From: Vicugna vicugna
Lineage: Eukaryota
Assembly (NCBI GenBank): GCA_013265495.1
Contig: MU058824.1
Coordinates: forward strand, 744,001-808,000
Reading direction: 5' to 3'
Length of the DNA: 64,000 nucleotides
Under the pieces are notes generated by a model. That model saw only the letters and a program-made list of their open reading frames with translations. It was not told where the DNA came from and ran no database searches. The translations under genes were made by a program, and so were the position numbers. Within the stretch, counting starts at the first letter, position 1; each line of letters begins with the position of its first letter. Shown piece after piece: positions 38,161 through 51,323 of the stretch.

Positions 38161-40624
38161 GTTATTCTAATTTATAGACTCTTTGTTAATTTTAATTGTT
38201 ACCTTAGGAATACATAGGTATGAGTACTCTTAATTCTTTTCAAAATGTTTTGGTTCTTTTATTCTTTTATATTATGACATTGGATATATGTATTCTGTGA
38301 ATTTACTGCTTAGATTTCAATTACTAGCCTTTGCTTCTCCCAGAAAATTGAAACAAGAGGTAAGTCCTGAGATGGGAAGCTCACTGTGAGGAGAACCATC
38401 CCTATTTTCCTTAATAAACAGTAAAGAGAGGCCCCCCGACACGATAAAGGAACAACCTTTCCTGGCGTTTCTTTGTTGAAATTGAAGAAATGAAATGAGC
38501 ACTGACGGACATGGGTGACGTCACGTTGTCATCTGCCATCCCTGAAATACCACTTCCTCTTCTTGGGGGCACAAGGACCCAGCACAGAAACTCAGCTCGG
38601 TCACTCACGGAGAAGGTGTCCACGCTTCAGATGCTCACTTTTAATGGAAGGACATCACTGCCAAACACCTGGCCACCTGCTCTTGGGGGAGAAACAGACA
38701 TAAGATGAAGAAACACACACAACACCAGCATAAGAGTGATTACTTTTCAGGCAAATTACCTAAAAGGCCTGAGACGTTATGTGCTCCCTCCATTACCACC
38801 ACACACGTACGCTTCAGTTCACATCGACAAAAATAAATCCTGTGTGCCACGTTTGTGCTAAGCATCATTCTAGATGCTGTGGGAAGTCACAGCAGGGCAA
38901 ACGCAAAGATTTAGCTGATATAGTAACGCCCTCAAGAAAGTTTATGATCTGTGGGGAAGACAGAAGTATTCCAGAGTCACTGATAATCCGGAAAATAATG
39001 CGTACAAAATTAGTGAAGGCTAAACAGAGAGCCGTGGATGCTGAGAAGGGAAGAAAAGGGAACTAACATTTCTTAAGCGGCTATTGTGTGGCCCATGTTA
39101 TGCTAGGAATTTTGCGTATATTGTATTCTTTCTTCCACAGAAAAATCAAATCAGTATTATTAACTCTTTTACAGTTGGCTGAGTCAAATCTCAGAGAGGT
39201 CAATTAACTCACCCACATCATACAGTCAGGGGAGTGCCCAGATCCAATGCTGTTTGATGCCAGAGTTTTGGCAGTTCCCTTTCTGCTAAAGACAAGAGGT
39301 GGCTTTTGATGGTGCTTCAAAAAATTTCAACAAGTGAGAAAAAAGAGGAGAAAGAGAGCAAGAAGGTAAGATTTTCATCTGAGGAAAGTATGGCATGTCA
39401 TGAGAGGACTTAATAATCATGTTAGGACACCACCTGTCTCACCTGTCCCATCCATAGCTTCCATTCCATCAAACAAACAATGCATACTTGCTGTGAGACA
39501 GGCCCGTTGTACTAGTTACAAAGAGATAAAGGTGCATAAGACAAAAATCCACAACCTCACTCGTGTGTCAAAATATACCCTGTGAAAGGTGCAAACAGTA
39601 GATCGCATAGTCAATGCCGATGTGGCACAGGTGTGTTACCGCTCATGATTATTTTACCTAAAAAGAATGATGGAGACAGAGAAGTATCATGAAGAGGCAC
39701 TAGCCTGGGATTTGGAGGTCTAGTCTTGACTTTGCTGCTTCCTGATTGTAACTTTGAACAAGTCACAGCCATTCTCTGGGCCTGAGTGTCTTCATGGAAG
39801 GAGTAAAGGTTTAGTTTACATGATTTTGGATGTCTTCCTTCTGGCTCAAAGCATACACTGAGGAGCTTTGCTAAATTTACTTTGTTTTAGCAGATTCTTT
39901 CTTATCTTTCAAGTTTTCTCCTCTATGTCATCCCTAAAACGGCTGATGGCTCATTGTAGGAACATTGATTGTAAACTCTCAGAAGATGGGGGTTGGGGGA
40001 GGGGAGCCAAACATAAGCTCTGTCTCTGAGAAGGAAGGTGCAGTTGGACACTGGCCCAAGGAGGTCAGCTGACTGTGGCTGGGAAACCCCGGTGTGGAAG
40101 ATCTTTAAGGCCCCTTTAGCTCTGGCCGTCTGTGTCTTCATGGATGGAAGTGACACTCTGGGCCTGCGTTATTCACCCAGCCACAAAACTGTGCTTACAA
40201 AACATAACTGATAAGTGCTGTGTAGTTGACCACTCCCAGGTAAGACAGAAAAGCCACCATGTCATTATGCTTCAACCCAGTGGAGATGACAAAAGGTTGA
40301 GAACAGATTCATTTGAGGCGAAGATTAAGCATTTGGGTCATTTATTACCACTGAACCCCCAATTCCTCCTTTCTGTATTTATAATAAATGTCACCTTATT
40401 CTTGGACTGCTAAATACACAAACTAAATGATCTGTTGGAAGGCTGGTTCCCTAGGAACCCTTGTGTGTTTACAGAGCATTCCAACCTTACCTTGACACCA
40501 ACTCTGTCATCTTAGACAAACTACTAGCCTCATTGTGCCTGAGTTTTCTCATTGGTAAGATGAAGAAATTTAGTTTCATTCATTAGCTTTAATAACCTTT
40601 TTATTACTATTGACCCCACATTTT

Positions 40625-40741
40625 TTAACATTTTTTATTGATTTATAATCATTTTACAATGTTGTGTTAAATTCCAGTGTTCAGCACAATTTTTCAGTCA
40701 TACATGGACATATACACACTCATTGTCACATTTTTTTCTCA
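40625..40741 (-). mobile_element. Ultra-short (~117 bp) young L1 3' tail with 13-bp TSD
   Basis: GACCCCACATTTT at 40612-40624 and 40742-40754; minus-strand target resembles TT/AAAA. Confidence 0.92.
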
Positions 40742-41039
40742 GACCCCACATTTTAAAACATTCTCACTCTGAAAAATTTACAGAAGTAACAATGTTTTTC
40801 CTAATGCTTTCACTTATCATAGCTATGTATCATTTCTAGTCATAAAGCTATGATAGCTATGATACTTTTTGTCACAATGAAATACCCAGTGTAGATGATA
40901 TGAGTCCAGATGTCAGAGAAGAAACTTGGTTTTTGACCTCACCTGAGGAGCCTTACCACAGGAAAACTTCTAATTTCTGGAAAGATGTTGAAAGGTTGAA
41001 AAGAGCAAGAGGAACAAATTTGCCAAAAACATAAACAGA

Positions 41040-41235
41040 GCTGGGTTTCCCTGTTGCTAGCTGTGTGACTTTGGGAAAATTACTTAACCTCTCTGAACCT
41101 CATTATTTTCATTTATGAAATGGAGATGACCATAGAATTGTATCTACCCTGCCTACCTCACAAGAATTTTTTCCCCTCAGGAGTTTAAATAATACAATTG
41201 GAAATTTGTTCAAAACTGCAAAACCTGATACAAAT
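41040..41235 (+). mobile_element. MIR SINE
   Basis: CTAGCTGTGTGACTTTGGGAAAATTACTTAACCTCTCTGAACCTCA...CATTTATGAAATGG. Confidence 0.85.
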
Positions 41236-41406
41236 ATAAGCTTTTATTCCTAGTATTATAATATAAATATTCCAATTCCATATATTCTTAGAATGTTTGA
41301 TTGCAACTGACAACCTTTCAGACTTGGATTTCAACCATCTTGTTAGATGTATGAGATGATTTGCCTCATTTTTGTCATCTGTTTCTTTCCCTTATTCACA
41401 AATTGG

Positions 41407-41795
41407 TTTTTTTTTAATTGTGGTAAGTTGCAAGTAACATAAATTTACCATGTTAATCATTTTAAAGTGTACAGCTCAGGGGCATTTAGTGTATTCATAC
41501 TGCTGTGAAACCATCAGCACCAGTTCCAGAATATTTTCATCACTCCAAGAGAAAGCCCCATATCTATTGCACATTCTACTTCCCCTCCCCCTCCTGCCCC
41601 TGGCAACCACTAAACCACTTTCTGTCTGTATAAGTTTGCCTATTCTGCACATTTCATATAAACAGAGTCATACAATATTTGGCCTCTTGTGTCTGGCTAT
41701 TTTCACTTAGTGTAATGTTTTCACATTGTGGTGTGTACTTCCTTTCTTTTTAATAGGTGAATACTATCCTATTGAATGGATGGATATACCACACA
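41407..41795 (-). mobile_element. Old L1 (L1MB-like) 3' end
   Basis: TTTTTTAATTGTGGTAA...AACATAAATTTACCAT.TTAA.CATTTTAAAGTGTACAG...TTCCAGAATATTTTCATCACTCCAA...CCCCTGGCAACCACTAA. Confidence 0.85.
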
Positions 41796-41945
41796 AAGTG
41801 GATTTTCACCTTTGGGTTATTTCCTTTATTGAGACTCTGACCATACACATAAATACACTCTTCCCTCCACGCAATTACGTGTAATTTTAAGGCATTAACA
41901 GGTACCCCTGGGCCTGTGAATGTATCCCAGATTAAGAACTCTTGC

Positions 41946-42637
41946 CTGGGGAGGCAAAATAGGTGAAGGGGTTCCAGAGGTACAAATTTCCAATTATAGA
42001 ACAGTGAGTCATGGGGATGTAATGTACTGCATGGTGAATAGTCAATAATACTGTATAGCATCTTTGAAAGCTGCTAAGAATGTAAATCTTTTTTTAACAT
42101 TTTTTTATTGAATTATAGTCATTTTACAGTGTTGTGTCAAATTCCGGTGTAGAGCACAATTTTTCAGTTTTACATGAACATACATATATTCATTGTCACA
42201 TTTTTTTTTTTTGCTGTGAGCTACCACAAGATCTTGTATATATTTCCCTGTTCTATACAGTATAAATATCCCATATAACCTTGTTTATCTATTCTACATA
42301 TGCCTGTCAATATCTACAAATTTTGAACTCCCAGTCTATCCCTTCCCACCCCCTCTCCCCACCTTGGCAACCACAAGTTTGTATTCTATGTCTAGGAGTC
42401 TGTTTCTGTTTTGTATTCATGTTCTTTTTTTTTTTTTTTTTAGATTCCACATATGAGCGATCTCATATGGTATTTTTCTAAGAAAGTAAATCATTAAAGT
42501 TCTCATCACAAGAAACAAATTTTAGCTCTATATGGTGATGGATGGTAACTAGACTTATTGTGACGATCATTTTGCACTGTGTACAATTATACCTGAAACT
42601 AATATAATGCTATATGTCAGTTATACCTCAGTAAAAA
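41946..42637 (+). mobile_element. L1MA-like 3' end with 12-bp TSD, interrupted by a younger L1
   Basis: GAGGTACAAATTTCCA.TTATA...GTCATGGGGATGTAATGTAC.GCATGGTGA...ACCTGAAACTAATATAATG; TSD AAGAACTCTTGC at 41934-41945 and 42638-42649. Confidence 0.9.
42089..42477 (-). mobile_element. Young L1 3' end (last ORF2 codons plus 3'UTR)
   Basis: Reverse reads GAAAAATACCATATGAGATCGCTCATATGTGGAATCTAA, identical to the ORF2 end at ~50990-51025; TSD CTAAGAA(T/A)GTAAATC at 42074-42088 and 42478-42492. Confidence 0.93.
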
Positions 42638-42669
42638 AAGAACTCTTGCTCAAGAGACCATTCTCTGAA

Positions 42670-42990
42670 TCCTTCCATTCATTTATTCATTTATACATTC
42701 TTACTATTCTTTCATAAATACTAATTGAGTGGAAGGCACTTTTCTATGGTGTAGGGGAAAATAAAAGTGATTTAAGAAGCAGAAAAGAATTTCCTTCATC
42801 CATGGAGCTTACGTTCCAGTGGTGGGCGACAAGCAGTGAACAAATAAATCATATGGTTTGTAAGAAAGTCACAAGTGGTATGGGGAGAAACAAAGCCAGG
42901 GGAGAAGGAAGTAGGCATTGCAATTTTAAATAGGGTAATCTGTGAAACTTCACCAAGAAGGTGACCTTTGGATGAAAATTTGGAGGTGTG
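42670..42990 (-). mobile_element. LINE-2 3' fragment
   Basis: CATTCATTTATTCATT...AAATACTAATTGAG...CATGGAGCTTAC.TTCCAGTGG...GAAGGTGACCTTTG. Confidence 0.7.
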
Positions 42991-43974
42991 AGGAAGTAGC
43001 GATGGGTTCAGTCTTATATCTAGGAAGACCTGTTTACCACTGCAGAAGATACCTTAGCAAAGGGGCCTAGGTAATATTCCTATTTCCTGTTACCGGGGCA
43101 ATTCCATCTTGAATTATCCAGTAAGAATTCATGGGGACATAGATTTCCACAAGTTTTCTTTCCAGAAAGTCTAAAGTTTACTATGTTTCATGATAATTTA
43201 GAGCATGAGCTTGGGAGTCAGACTCTATCTTTGCCACAAAAAATCTGTACCCCTTTCCAGAAACTCAGTTACCTCTTTTTATAGCCTTTTCATTTATAAG
43301 GTGGTAAGACTAAGCCTATATATCTTGTCTTTCTTACAACAATGATATTCAATGAAGTAAAGTATCTAAAACACCTAGGACCCTTCCTGGAGTATATATT
43401 TTGCTCAATAAATGGTGGATAATTTTATCTGTTTATAGAACACTTGCTGATTGCCCTTCTCTCCTGAAGCAAAACACTCTTGCATGTTGCTTAACCGTGG
43501 GGAAAAAAAGGAAGTGTTCTGTTGCATGTGTTGTTTCAGTCAGAAAAAGAGAGAAGTGGGAAGGTGTATTACGGGGCTTGAAGAGAAAGAGCCCAGCGAT
43601 TTCAACCTCACAGATACAAACTGTTGAGGTCTCACCTCTCTGCCTCTATTTTAGGAGTCATTCTGGGTTTTCCTGGGCTTTGAGGTTTTTTTTTTGTACC
43701 TTGTTTTGGCCTCAAAGTCAGAATCTCCCTTACCCTGCTCTCCCCATCAATTCATCCAGGTCTCTCATGCAGACAGTCCTTCCTTGGACTTGATTTTCAC
43801 CTCTCCTCCCCCAGCCCTATCGCTCACCACCCTTTACCCTGGTTTATTTTCCTTCATAGCATTCAATACAACTTTTTAAATCCCCAGTACATAGAACAGA
43901 GCTTAGCACTAGCAGGCACTCAAGAAAATCTTTATTGAATAGAGAAATTTATTGAAAATCTCATTAAGTCATGA

Positions 43975-44317
43975 ATTTTGTACTTTCTGCCCATTTGATA
44001 TTAGGTGTGACTTAAATGTCTTTGACCAATGGACTGTGTGAATGAAAGTGACAACAAGTGACAAGCTTGGGTAGGAGCTTAAGGAGCCAGTGCATGCTCT
44101 GTTACCTTCTGTTCTTCTGTCAGGCAACTGGCAGTGTTTGAGAGAGTGACTGCATTGTCATCAGGGGCCCCAGAGTGATTACAATGAATGGAGTCTCTCT
44201 TGATTTCTCTTGATGGTCATGTAATGTGAGTAAGAAACAAACTTTTGTTGTTCTAAGCTGCAGAGCCTTGTAGGTTGTTTGTCACTGCAGCATTACCTAG
44301 ACTATCCTGACTGATAA
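43975..44317 (+). mobile_element. Old MaLR LTR (MLT1I/J-like)
   Basis: TTTGACCAATGG...GAAAGTGAC...ATGTAATGTGAGTAAGAAACAAACTTTTGTTG..TAAGC...TTGTTTGTCACTGCAGCATTACCTAG..TATCCTGACTGATA. Confidence 0.75.
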
Positions 44318-44780
44318 AAGTACCAACCTTATAGTCTTCTTATTCTCTCTCCTGAAGAGCAAGATCTGGGTATCGTTTACCTTCAAATAAAAGACCCATG
44401 ATTCAGAGACATCTACAGGACAACCCTTGGTCAGCCTGTTTCACATGCACTTGAAATGGCCCTGGAGAATAAGATCAGACAGACATCATCTAGCTCCAGA
44501 CCCTGTGTCGCTTGTTCTTCCTCACTTTCTGTACACTGACCAAGCCTGTGCTGCCTTGGATCATTTTACCCCTTTTATGTTAATATGATAAACAAATTAT
44601 CTGAACACCCCATTTCAGATTAATTTTGAAGATTTGGTGTAGTGAGGAAAATAAAATCCCAAAGAGTTGTCATCAGAGGAATTTGGTTTAAATATCTACT
44701 TACTAGCTTTCTGATCTTGGGTAAATTGCTTAGTTTACCTGAGCCAAAGAATCCCAGTTATAAAATTGGGATGACAATGT

Positions 44781-45095
44781 GAGTCCATGATCTTTCCAGC
44801 CAAAATCCTTGGGGCAAGGTATATTTTGGAATTCTGAATGTTTCAGAATTTTTAGAAAGGTATTATGTTGTATATAGCTATATAGATCAAAGCAAATCCA
44901 GCAGCACATGGGCAACCCTCCAAAAGAAATCATATTAATATTTCTGCAGCAAAATATATCAGTATTTAAGTAAATAGCATAAAGGCGATGAAGAGGCTCA
45001 TTTTAGCTGAAATCAGGCTTTGTCATCATATGCATTCCCCCAGACTCCTGGCTTTTAGGGTTTAAAAAAACTATGGATAATGTATTGTGGACCTG
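44781..45095. mobile_element. MER46C-like Tigger element inserted in a MIR
   Basis: Right end GGATAATGTATTGTGGACCTG+TA; flanking MIR (TATAAAATTGGGATGAC... then TTGTTATAAGGAATAAA). Confidence 0.65.
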
Positions 45096-48000
45096 TACCT
45101 ATTTTTCATGTTGTTATAAGGAATAAATTTTAAAAGTGTATTAAAAGGATCTTATGTACCGTAAGATGAGAATTGTTACGTCCTCACAGCACAGAATAGG
45201 TAGTTCATTCAACAATACTAACATTCAACAAAAAACAGTATTCAGTGAGAGCTACTGTATGCTTGTCATTGTTCTAGGTGCTGGTACGGATGTCATTAAT
45301 GGGTCAAGGATCCATTTCTTCCATTCAGTCTTTCCCAGGGGATGCATGTGTTTCCACAAAATCTTTCCCAAATGTGTGTGCACACAGAATCAACCTTTTG
45401 ATAGTTTCTTAGGCTTATTGAAATATAAAATGCTGCATTATTTGGGGCTTTAAAAATATGTCAGATAAATTAAATTGTCTACTTTTCAGAACAACTTAGC
45501 CTTAGAAGGTCTTCTGGTGAGTCACGTTCCGAGCAGGGAAATCTGGCACTGAGGCATAATTAACATTCTGGGTTGCCCCCAGTTTCTATGGAGATGAGTG
45601 TAGCCCCCTGGGGGAGGAGTGATGGATGTGTAACCTCCAAGATAAGTAACTGACAGGTAAGAAATTTTCCTTTTTCAAATGCATTAATTATTCACATTCA
45701 TTATTCATCAAACACTGTGAGTTTCCATTTAGAAACTGGACCAGATAGTTAGAGAAATTCCCCCCTCTCCATTCTCTGTAATCAAATCCTTCCAGGGACT
45801 GCTGAGCATCTGAGTAGGTCTGCTGTTTGGTCTGGTTTAACAGTGAGGGTTTGTCTAATGTCACTAGGAGATGAAGTGAAGATTAAATGCCTTGTTGATG
45901 GCAGTGGCAAAGACTTTTGAGGCTTTCAACTTTCTCAGTCCCTGGCATTTTCTCATTGTCATTTCCTCCTTCTAGAATGTAAGCTTGGTAAGCACCCAGA
46001 CCTTGCCTGTTTTGTTCACTACTGCATTCCTAGCTCTTCAGACAGGATATAGACACTTGATAAGTGTTTATTAAAGGAGAGAATGAATGAATGAAGTTTG
46101 GTTCTGAGGATGGCAGAACCTGTCAGACTAACTGCAGGTATGAACTGTAATATGGGCAACCCAGCTCTAGTTCTTTAAGAGGGACTGCTGCCCACATCCT
46201 CCTCTCCCTGGCTAAATGATAACCTACAATGAGACACAGAGAGAAGGCAGTCGGGCAATACCCTCAGCCCATTCCAGAATAGGCACTCCTTGGCACATCC
46301 TTTAAATCCTTTCTTATTGAGAACACTACCTTTGAGCCAATTTATTTATATCTAGACCTATTCTTTGCCTGAAGTGAATCCCAGAGCCATGGTGGGTCAA
46401 GAACTGTGGATGGCCTCAATCGGCCAGGCTTTGAAAACATCCACTATTCCCAACACACAGTCTTGGCTCAAGGTCAGTTCTCCAAAAATTAGTTCACAAA
46501 AAAACAAATTTGCTGAAGGCTGATTTGTCCAATCACCAATTTCCCCAAAACATGTTTTCTACGATCACCTTATAAAGTTGATAGCCATTGGGGCTCCATG
46601 GGATGGTTTCAAAGCTGTCGAGTTTTTCAGTGGCATCTTTCTGTTCCAAATCACTGTTAGTTTCATCAGCACCATTTAACTATAGCAGGTCAGAGTTTTT
46701 TGCTTTGTAGATTTTCTGTTCTTTGGATCTGTGACTTTTGAGCATGAGGACTGGGGGGGTATATTTCATATTAGATATTGTACATGTCTTAAGTGTTAAA
46801 GATCGTATAGAAGATAGAGCAGGTATCTGCTGTTTAACACATTCTAAATTCAGTTTACTGCCTAAATATTTGTTGACTGGTGTAAGCAAATGAATATTTT
46901 GTTTGGGTTTTGAGCATTAGAGAAATGTCTCAGGGCCTGAATTACTAAACACTTAAGAAATTGAAGTTAAATCCCCTTGAACTCAAAGGGCCAAGTGTCT
47001 GAAGAGACACAGTTGCAGGAAAGCTAAAAACTAATTGTGCTTTTTAATAGCACCTCCTTTCATTCATTCACTAATTCAGCATGTGTTGAGTCCTTTTTAG
47101 TGCCAGGCTTTATTCTAGATACTTGGAATAAAAGAAAAGATAAGACATGGTTCCTACTTAAGAGACTGGTCTGCTATTTTGGAATCTCCTGGTAAGATAG
47201 GTGGGTCATTGTGTTGAATTCATTTGACTTTCCTTTTTTTTTTTCCTTCAATTTTGTGCTCATTCTTTTAGTCCATTCTACCTTTACCTTTTACTTTAAG
47301 TTAAGTACCTTATCCACACTGAATTTGATCTTCATGGCCTATATTAATTCTTGTGAAAATATCCTTTCTCATCCTATAAATGCTGACTCTACTGTTAGAG
47401 ATTTCAGTTTTATCCCCTTAGCCTCTTTTTGCCCCTTCCTTGCCCTGACAGCCCTGTCCTTTAAGAGCCCACATGAATATGAAGTCCAGTGTTCAAGTCC
47501 TGCTCTTTCACTTATCCTCAGTGTGTTTAGTAAGTCATTTGACCTTTGGAAGCTCAGATTTTGCATCTTTTAAGTGAATAATTTAAGATTCACAGTGTTC
47601 TTGCAAATAAATACAAGGGAGCTAAGAGGACTTTGTAAGCAGTAAGCAGTAAGCATTAATGTGAGAGACTGTACTAGATTAGTGCAAGTCTGGTTCTAAT
47701 GCATTAAATAAGGAAAATACCACAGGTACACAGAGGAGAAAGCAATCAGGGAGATAAGCAAGGTTTTACAAAGCAGGTATGGTGAACTTGGCCTTGAGAT
47801 CACGGGCTGTCTACGGGAAGAACATTCCAGGAAGAAGAAACAAAGTCTCAGAGGCTGGAAAAAGTTCCTGGCGAACAAAGAACAAGAGTAATTGTAGACT
47901 AGGTGGGACATCATAGATGTTGATACATTAGGTCCAAACCAGTTCTTGAAGAGTTAGAGTTCTGTGTGCCGTTTGACCTTCCTTTACGGAGCCATTGAGA

Positions 48001-48099
48001 AGTTCCATTCTGCAGATAATTTCTCGTGTGAGCCAGTATGTGTCGAGCACTGTTGTAAGCACTTGTGAAACATCAGAAGATTAGTGAAAAGAACATCCA

Positions 48100-49380
48100 T
48101 GTACCCAATCTAAGAAATAACTTAAATTACTAACCCTTATGAAACTCTCCGTGTTCCCCTCCTCCTAATTCCCCAGGAGTAGCTCAAACTCTAAATTTTG
48201 GTTTGTCATTCCCTCGTTTTCATTACAGCTTTATTCATGTCTAAGGAAACAGGCTAAATAAATATTTGCTGGAGAGATAAATGAAAATATGTATCTCCAT
48301 GTGGGTGGTCTCTAGGGCCCTTTTCTTGCAGATATTGCTTCTATTTCTGTTATCATTATTATTCCAAAGCTCTTAACCAGTCTTTTTTCCCCTCAGCGTT
48401 TCTTGATTTACATGCTGTTGTGGGTCTTTATCAAATACTTGTATTTCCTATCAAAACAACTTTTTACAAATTACGCTCAGAACGCCTTTTCTTTAACATA
48501 GCCACTCTTTACCATTCCTGTCTCTCCTTCCCATCTTTATCCGCGAGTAAGTGGAGTTATTGTAATTGTAAACATTTTGTGTTTCGTGCTTGAGCTTTTT
48601 ACTTCACCATATTGTGTGGTTTCTGTACTCCTGTATAGTCTTTGTATTAATTATTTTTATGACTTCCCAATATTCTATCAAGCGAATATATTATAATTTG
48701 CTTTATCATAATTAAATTTCTGAATATTCAGGTTGCTTCCAATTTTAAACTATTATAAGTAACATTGCTATGAAAGCCTTTTTACTTATAAGATTTTTTT
48801 CTTCTTTTGAATTATTTCCTTAGGATACATTTTCATGAATGAGATTACTCAGTCAAAGGCATGATTAATTTTGTGGTTCTTGTAACCCGAGGGACTTGCT
48901 TTATATTTTAAAAATTGCTTATTTTTCTGATTATGAAAGTAACTCATGCTTATTATAGAACAACTGGAAGATACAAAAATGTATAAAGAGAAAACCAAAA
49001 ATTTCCCCTAATCTTATTCCACAAGGATTACTATCATTAGCATTAAACTTTAAAAAAAAATCCACCATTAACATTTTCTTCACAAAATTGAGATCATATA
49101 TTGTTTTGTATCCTGTTTTTTAAACTTGATCATCAGCTTTTTCCATGTCACTAAATGTTTTTCAAAGAAGTGATCTGTTTTAATGGCCACATAATACTGT
49201 GCTGTATGGATAGCTATTGATCCCGTCTTACTGGACTTGTTACTGGCATAAATAATGCTGTAAATGAACATCCTAATATGAACCTTCATGAGAATTCTGA
49301 TTGTTTCCTTCTGACAAGTGTTTGGAAGTAAAGTGCTAGATGAGTAATACAAATATTGTCTGGTTTTGATCCATGCAAAA
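48100..49380 (-). mobile_element. Decayed L1ME-like 3' fragments
   Basis: TTCAGGTTGCTTCCAATTTT...ATTATAA.TAACATTGCTATGAA...TATTTCCTTAGGATACATT...GATTACT.AGTCAAAGG, with a similar block at ~49180-49330. Confidence 0.65.
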
Positions 49381-49417
49381 ATCATGCATGATGACTTACA
49401 ATATTCCTTTGCTACTC

Positions 49418-49923
49418 TGTATTGCTGCTGTAACGAATTTCCACAAATTTAATGACTTAAACAAATAGAAATTTATTATCTTACAGTTCTGGGGGTCAGA
49501 AGTCCAAAAGGGGTCTCACCGGGTTAAAATCAAAGTGTCAGCAGGGCTGCATTATCTCAGAGGTTGTAGGAAGAATAATCCATTTCCTTGTCTTTTCTTG
49601 TTTCTCAAAGGTGCCCACATTCTTTGGCTTATGACCTTCTTCTCTTTTCAAAGCCAGTAATGTTGGGTCAAGTCCTTACACTGCCATCTCTCTCCCTCTC
49701 TCTCTTCTGCTTCCCTCTTCCACTCTTTACGACCTCTGGGATTACTGTGGGCCCACCTGGACAGTCCAGGATAATCTCCCTGTTTTAGAGTCAGCTGATT
49801 AGCAACCTTAATGCCTTCTGCAACCTTAATTCCCTCTCTGTCATGTAACCTAACACATTCACAGGTGCTGGGGATGAGGACGTAGACAACTCTGTGGAGG
49901 TAGGGCATTATTCTGCCCACCAC
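49418..49923 (-). mobile_element. MaLR solo LTR (MLT1C/D-like)
   Basis: ATTGCTGCTGTAAC..ATT.CCACAAATTT..TGACTTAAAC...CTTACAGTTCTGGGGGTCAGAAGTCC...CAGGATAATCTCCC...CATTATTCTGCCCACCAC. Confidence 0.9.
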
Positions 49924-50374
49924 TCATTCCCTTCCTTCCTTTGGGCATTGTCATCTACTTTCCATTGCTTCGTTTTAGTCAGAAGTCAGTTCAACCAGGG
50001 TTCAACAGAAAGTCAAAAGTTTTTTTTGGTCTTTAACTCTGTGTAAGACACTTTACCAGATACAAAGCTAAAAGAACTTTCTCTGTGATGGAGGAAACAG
50101 TTACTTTTGCAAGGACTTTAGTTCAAGGCAGAGTGTGATTAGTGACAAAATAGTAGTTCCACGTAGCTTGAGGGAACACAGAGGACAGTGATTAATTTTT
50201 ACACAGGAAAGCTTCCTGGAAGAAGTGACATTTGAATGGAAAATTTAATGATGTCTAGAATTTTTATAGGTAGAGATGGGGAATGGCATTTTAGACAGAA
50301 AGATCAGAATGACTAAAGGCACACAAGTGAGGAATCAGAGAATGTGTTTTGAGACTGGTGATTAGTCTAGAAAA

Positions 50375-50559
50375 ATGCTGTTTGATATAACTTTCTATGA
50401 TGATGGAAATGTTCTATATCTGTGCTGTTTCACACGGTAGCCACTGGGCACTTTAAATGTGGCTAGTACAACCAAGGAATTGGATCTTTAATTTAATTTT
50501 AATCAGTTTAAACTGAAATGGTCACATGTGGCTAGAGGCTACCACGTTGGACAACACAG
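50375..50559. mobile_element. MER3-like hAT-Charlie element inside an L2 relic
   Basis: AACTTTCT.TGATGATGGAAATGTTCTATATCTGTGCTG...CACATGTGGCTAG.GGCTACC..GTTGGACAACACAG; TCTAGA flanks at 50367 and 50561. Confidence 0.85.
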
Positions 50560-50704
50560 ATCTAGAGTGACTGGAGTAAGGGGCCTTTTGAGGCCACATA
50601 ACAGAGGGCCTAGAAAAACATTCACAAGTAATGGGGAATCACTAAAATGTTTTGAGCAGTAGAGTGACATGATCACAACCATGTCAGAGTTAAGAAATTA
50701 TCCT

Positions 50705-51323
50705 TTACCATATGACCCAGGAATCCCACTCCTGGGCTTGTATCCAGAAGGAAATCTACTTCAGGATGACACCTGCACTCCAATGTTCATAGCAGCACTA
50801 TTTACAATAGCCAAAACATGGAAACAGCCTAAATGTCCATCAATAGGTGACTGGATAAAGAAGATGTGGTATATTTATACAATGGAATACTACTCAGCCA
50901 TAAAAACCGACAACATAACGCCATTTGCAGCAACATGGATGCTCCTAGAGAATGTCATTCTAAGTGAAGTAAGCCAGAAAGAGAAAGAAAAATACCATAT
51001 GAGATCGCTCATATGTGGAATCTAAAGACTCATGGACAGAGAATACAGACTTGTGGTTACCAGGGGGGTAGAGGGTGGGAAGGGATAGACTGGGATTTCA
51101 AAATTGTAGAATAGATAAACAAGATTACACTATATAGCACAGGGAAATATACACAAAATGTTATGATAAATCACAGAGAAAAAAATGTGACAATGAGTGT
51201 GTATATGTCCATGAATGACTGAAAAATTGTGCTGAACACTGGAATTTGACACAACATTGTAAAATGATTATAAATCAATAAAAAATGTTAAAAAAATAAA
51301 AAATAAAAAATAATAAAAAATAA
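50705..51323 (+). mobile_element. Young 5'-truncated L1: intact ORF2 C-terminus, 3'UTR, A-rich tail, 13-bp TSD
   Basis: LPYDPGIPLLG..CTPMFIAALFTIAKTWKQPKCPS..WIKKMWYIYTMEYYSAIK..CGI* uninterrupted; TSD AAGAAATTATCCT at 50692-50704 and 51324-51336; TT/AAGA target. Confidence 0.97.

Noticed and set aside
40815..40865. Short inverted repeat TATCATAGCT...AGCTATGATA, and tiny tandem duplications at 10948-10995, 23254-23278 and 47635-47655
   Set aside because: Ordinary slippage-scale events with no miRNA-like stem or array structure
46468..46600. Possible ancient DNA-transposon end (Looper-like short repeats)
   Set aside because: Too degenerate to assign without an HMM search
50669..51025. 118-aa ORF as a host gene
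   Set aside because: L1 ORF2 C-terminus fused by chance to an upstream ATG in an L2 relic
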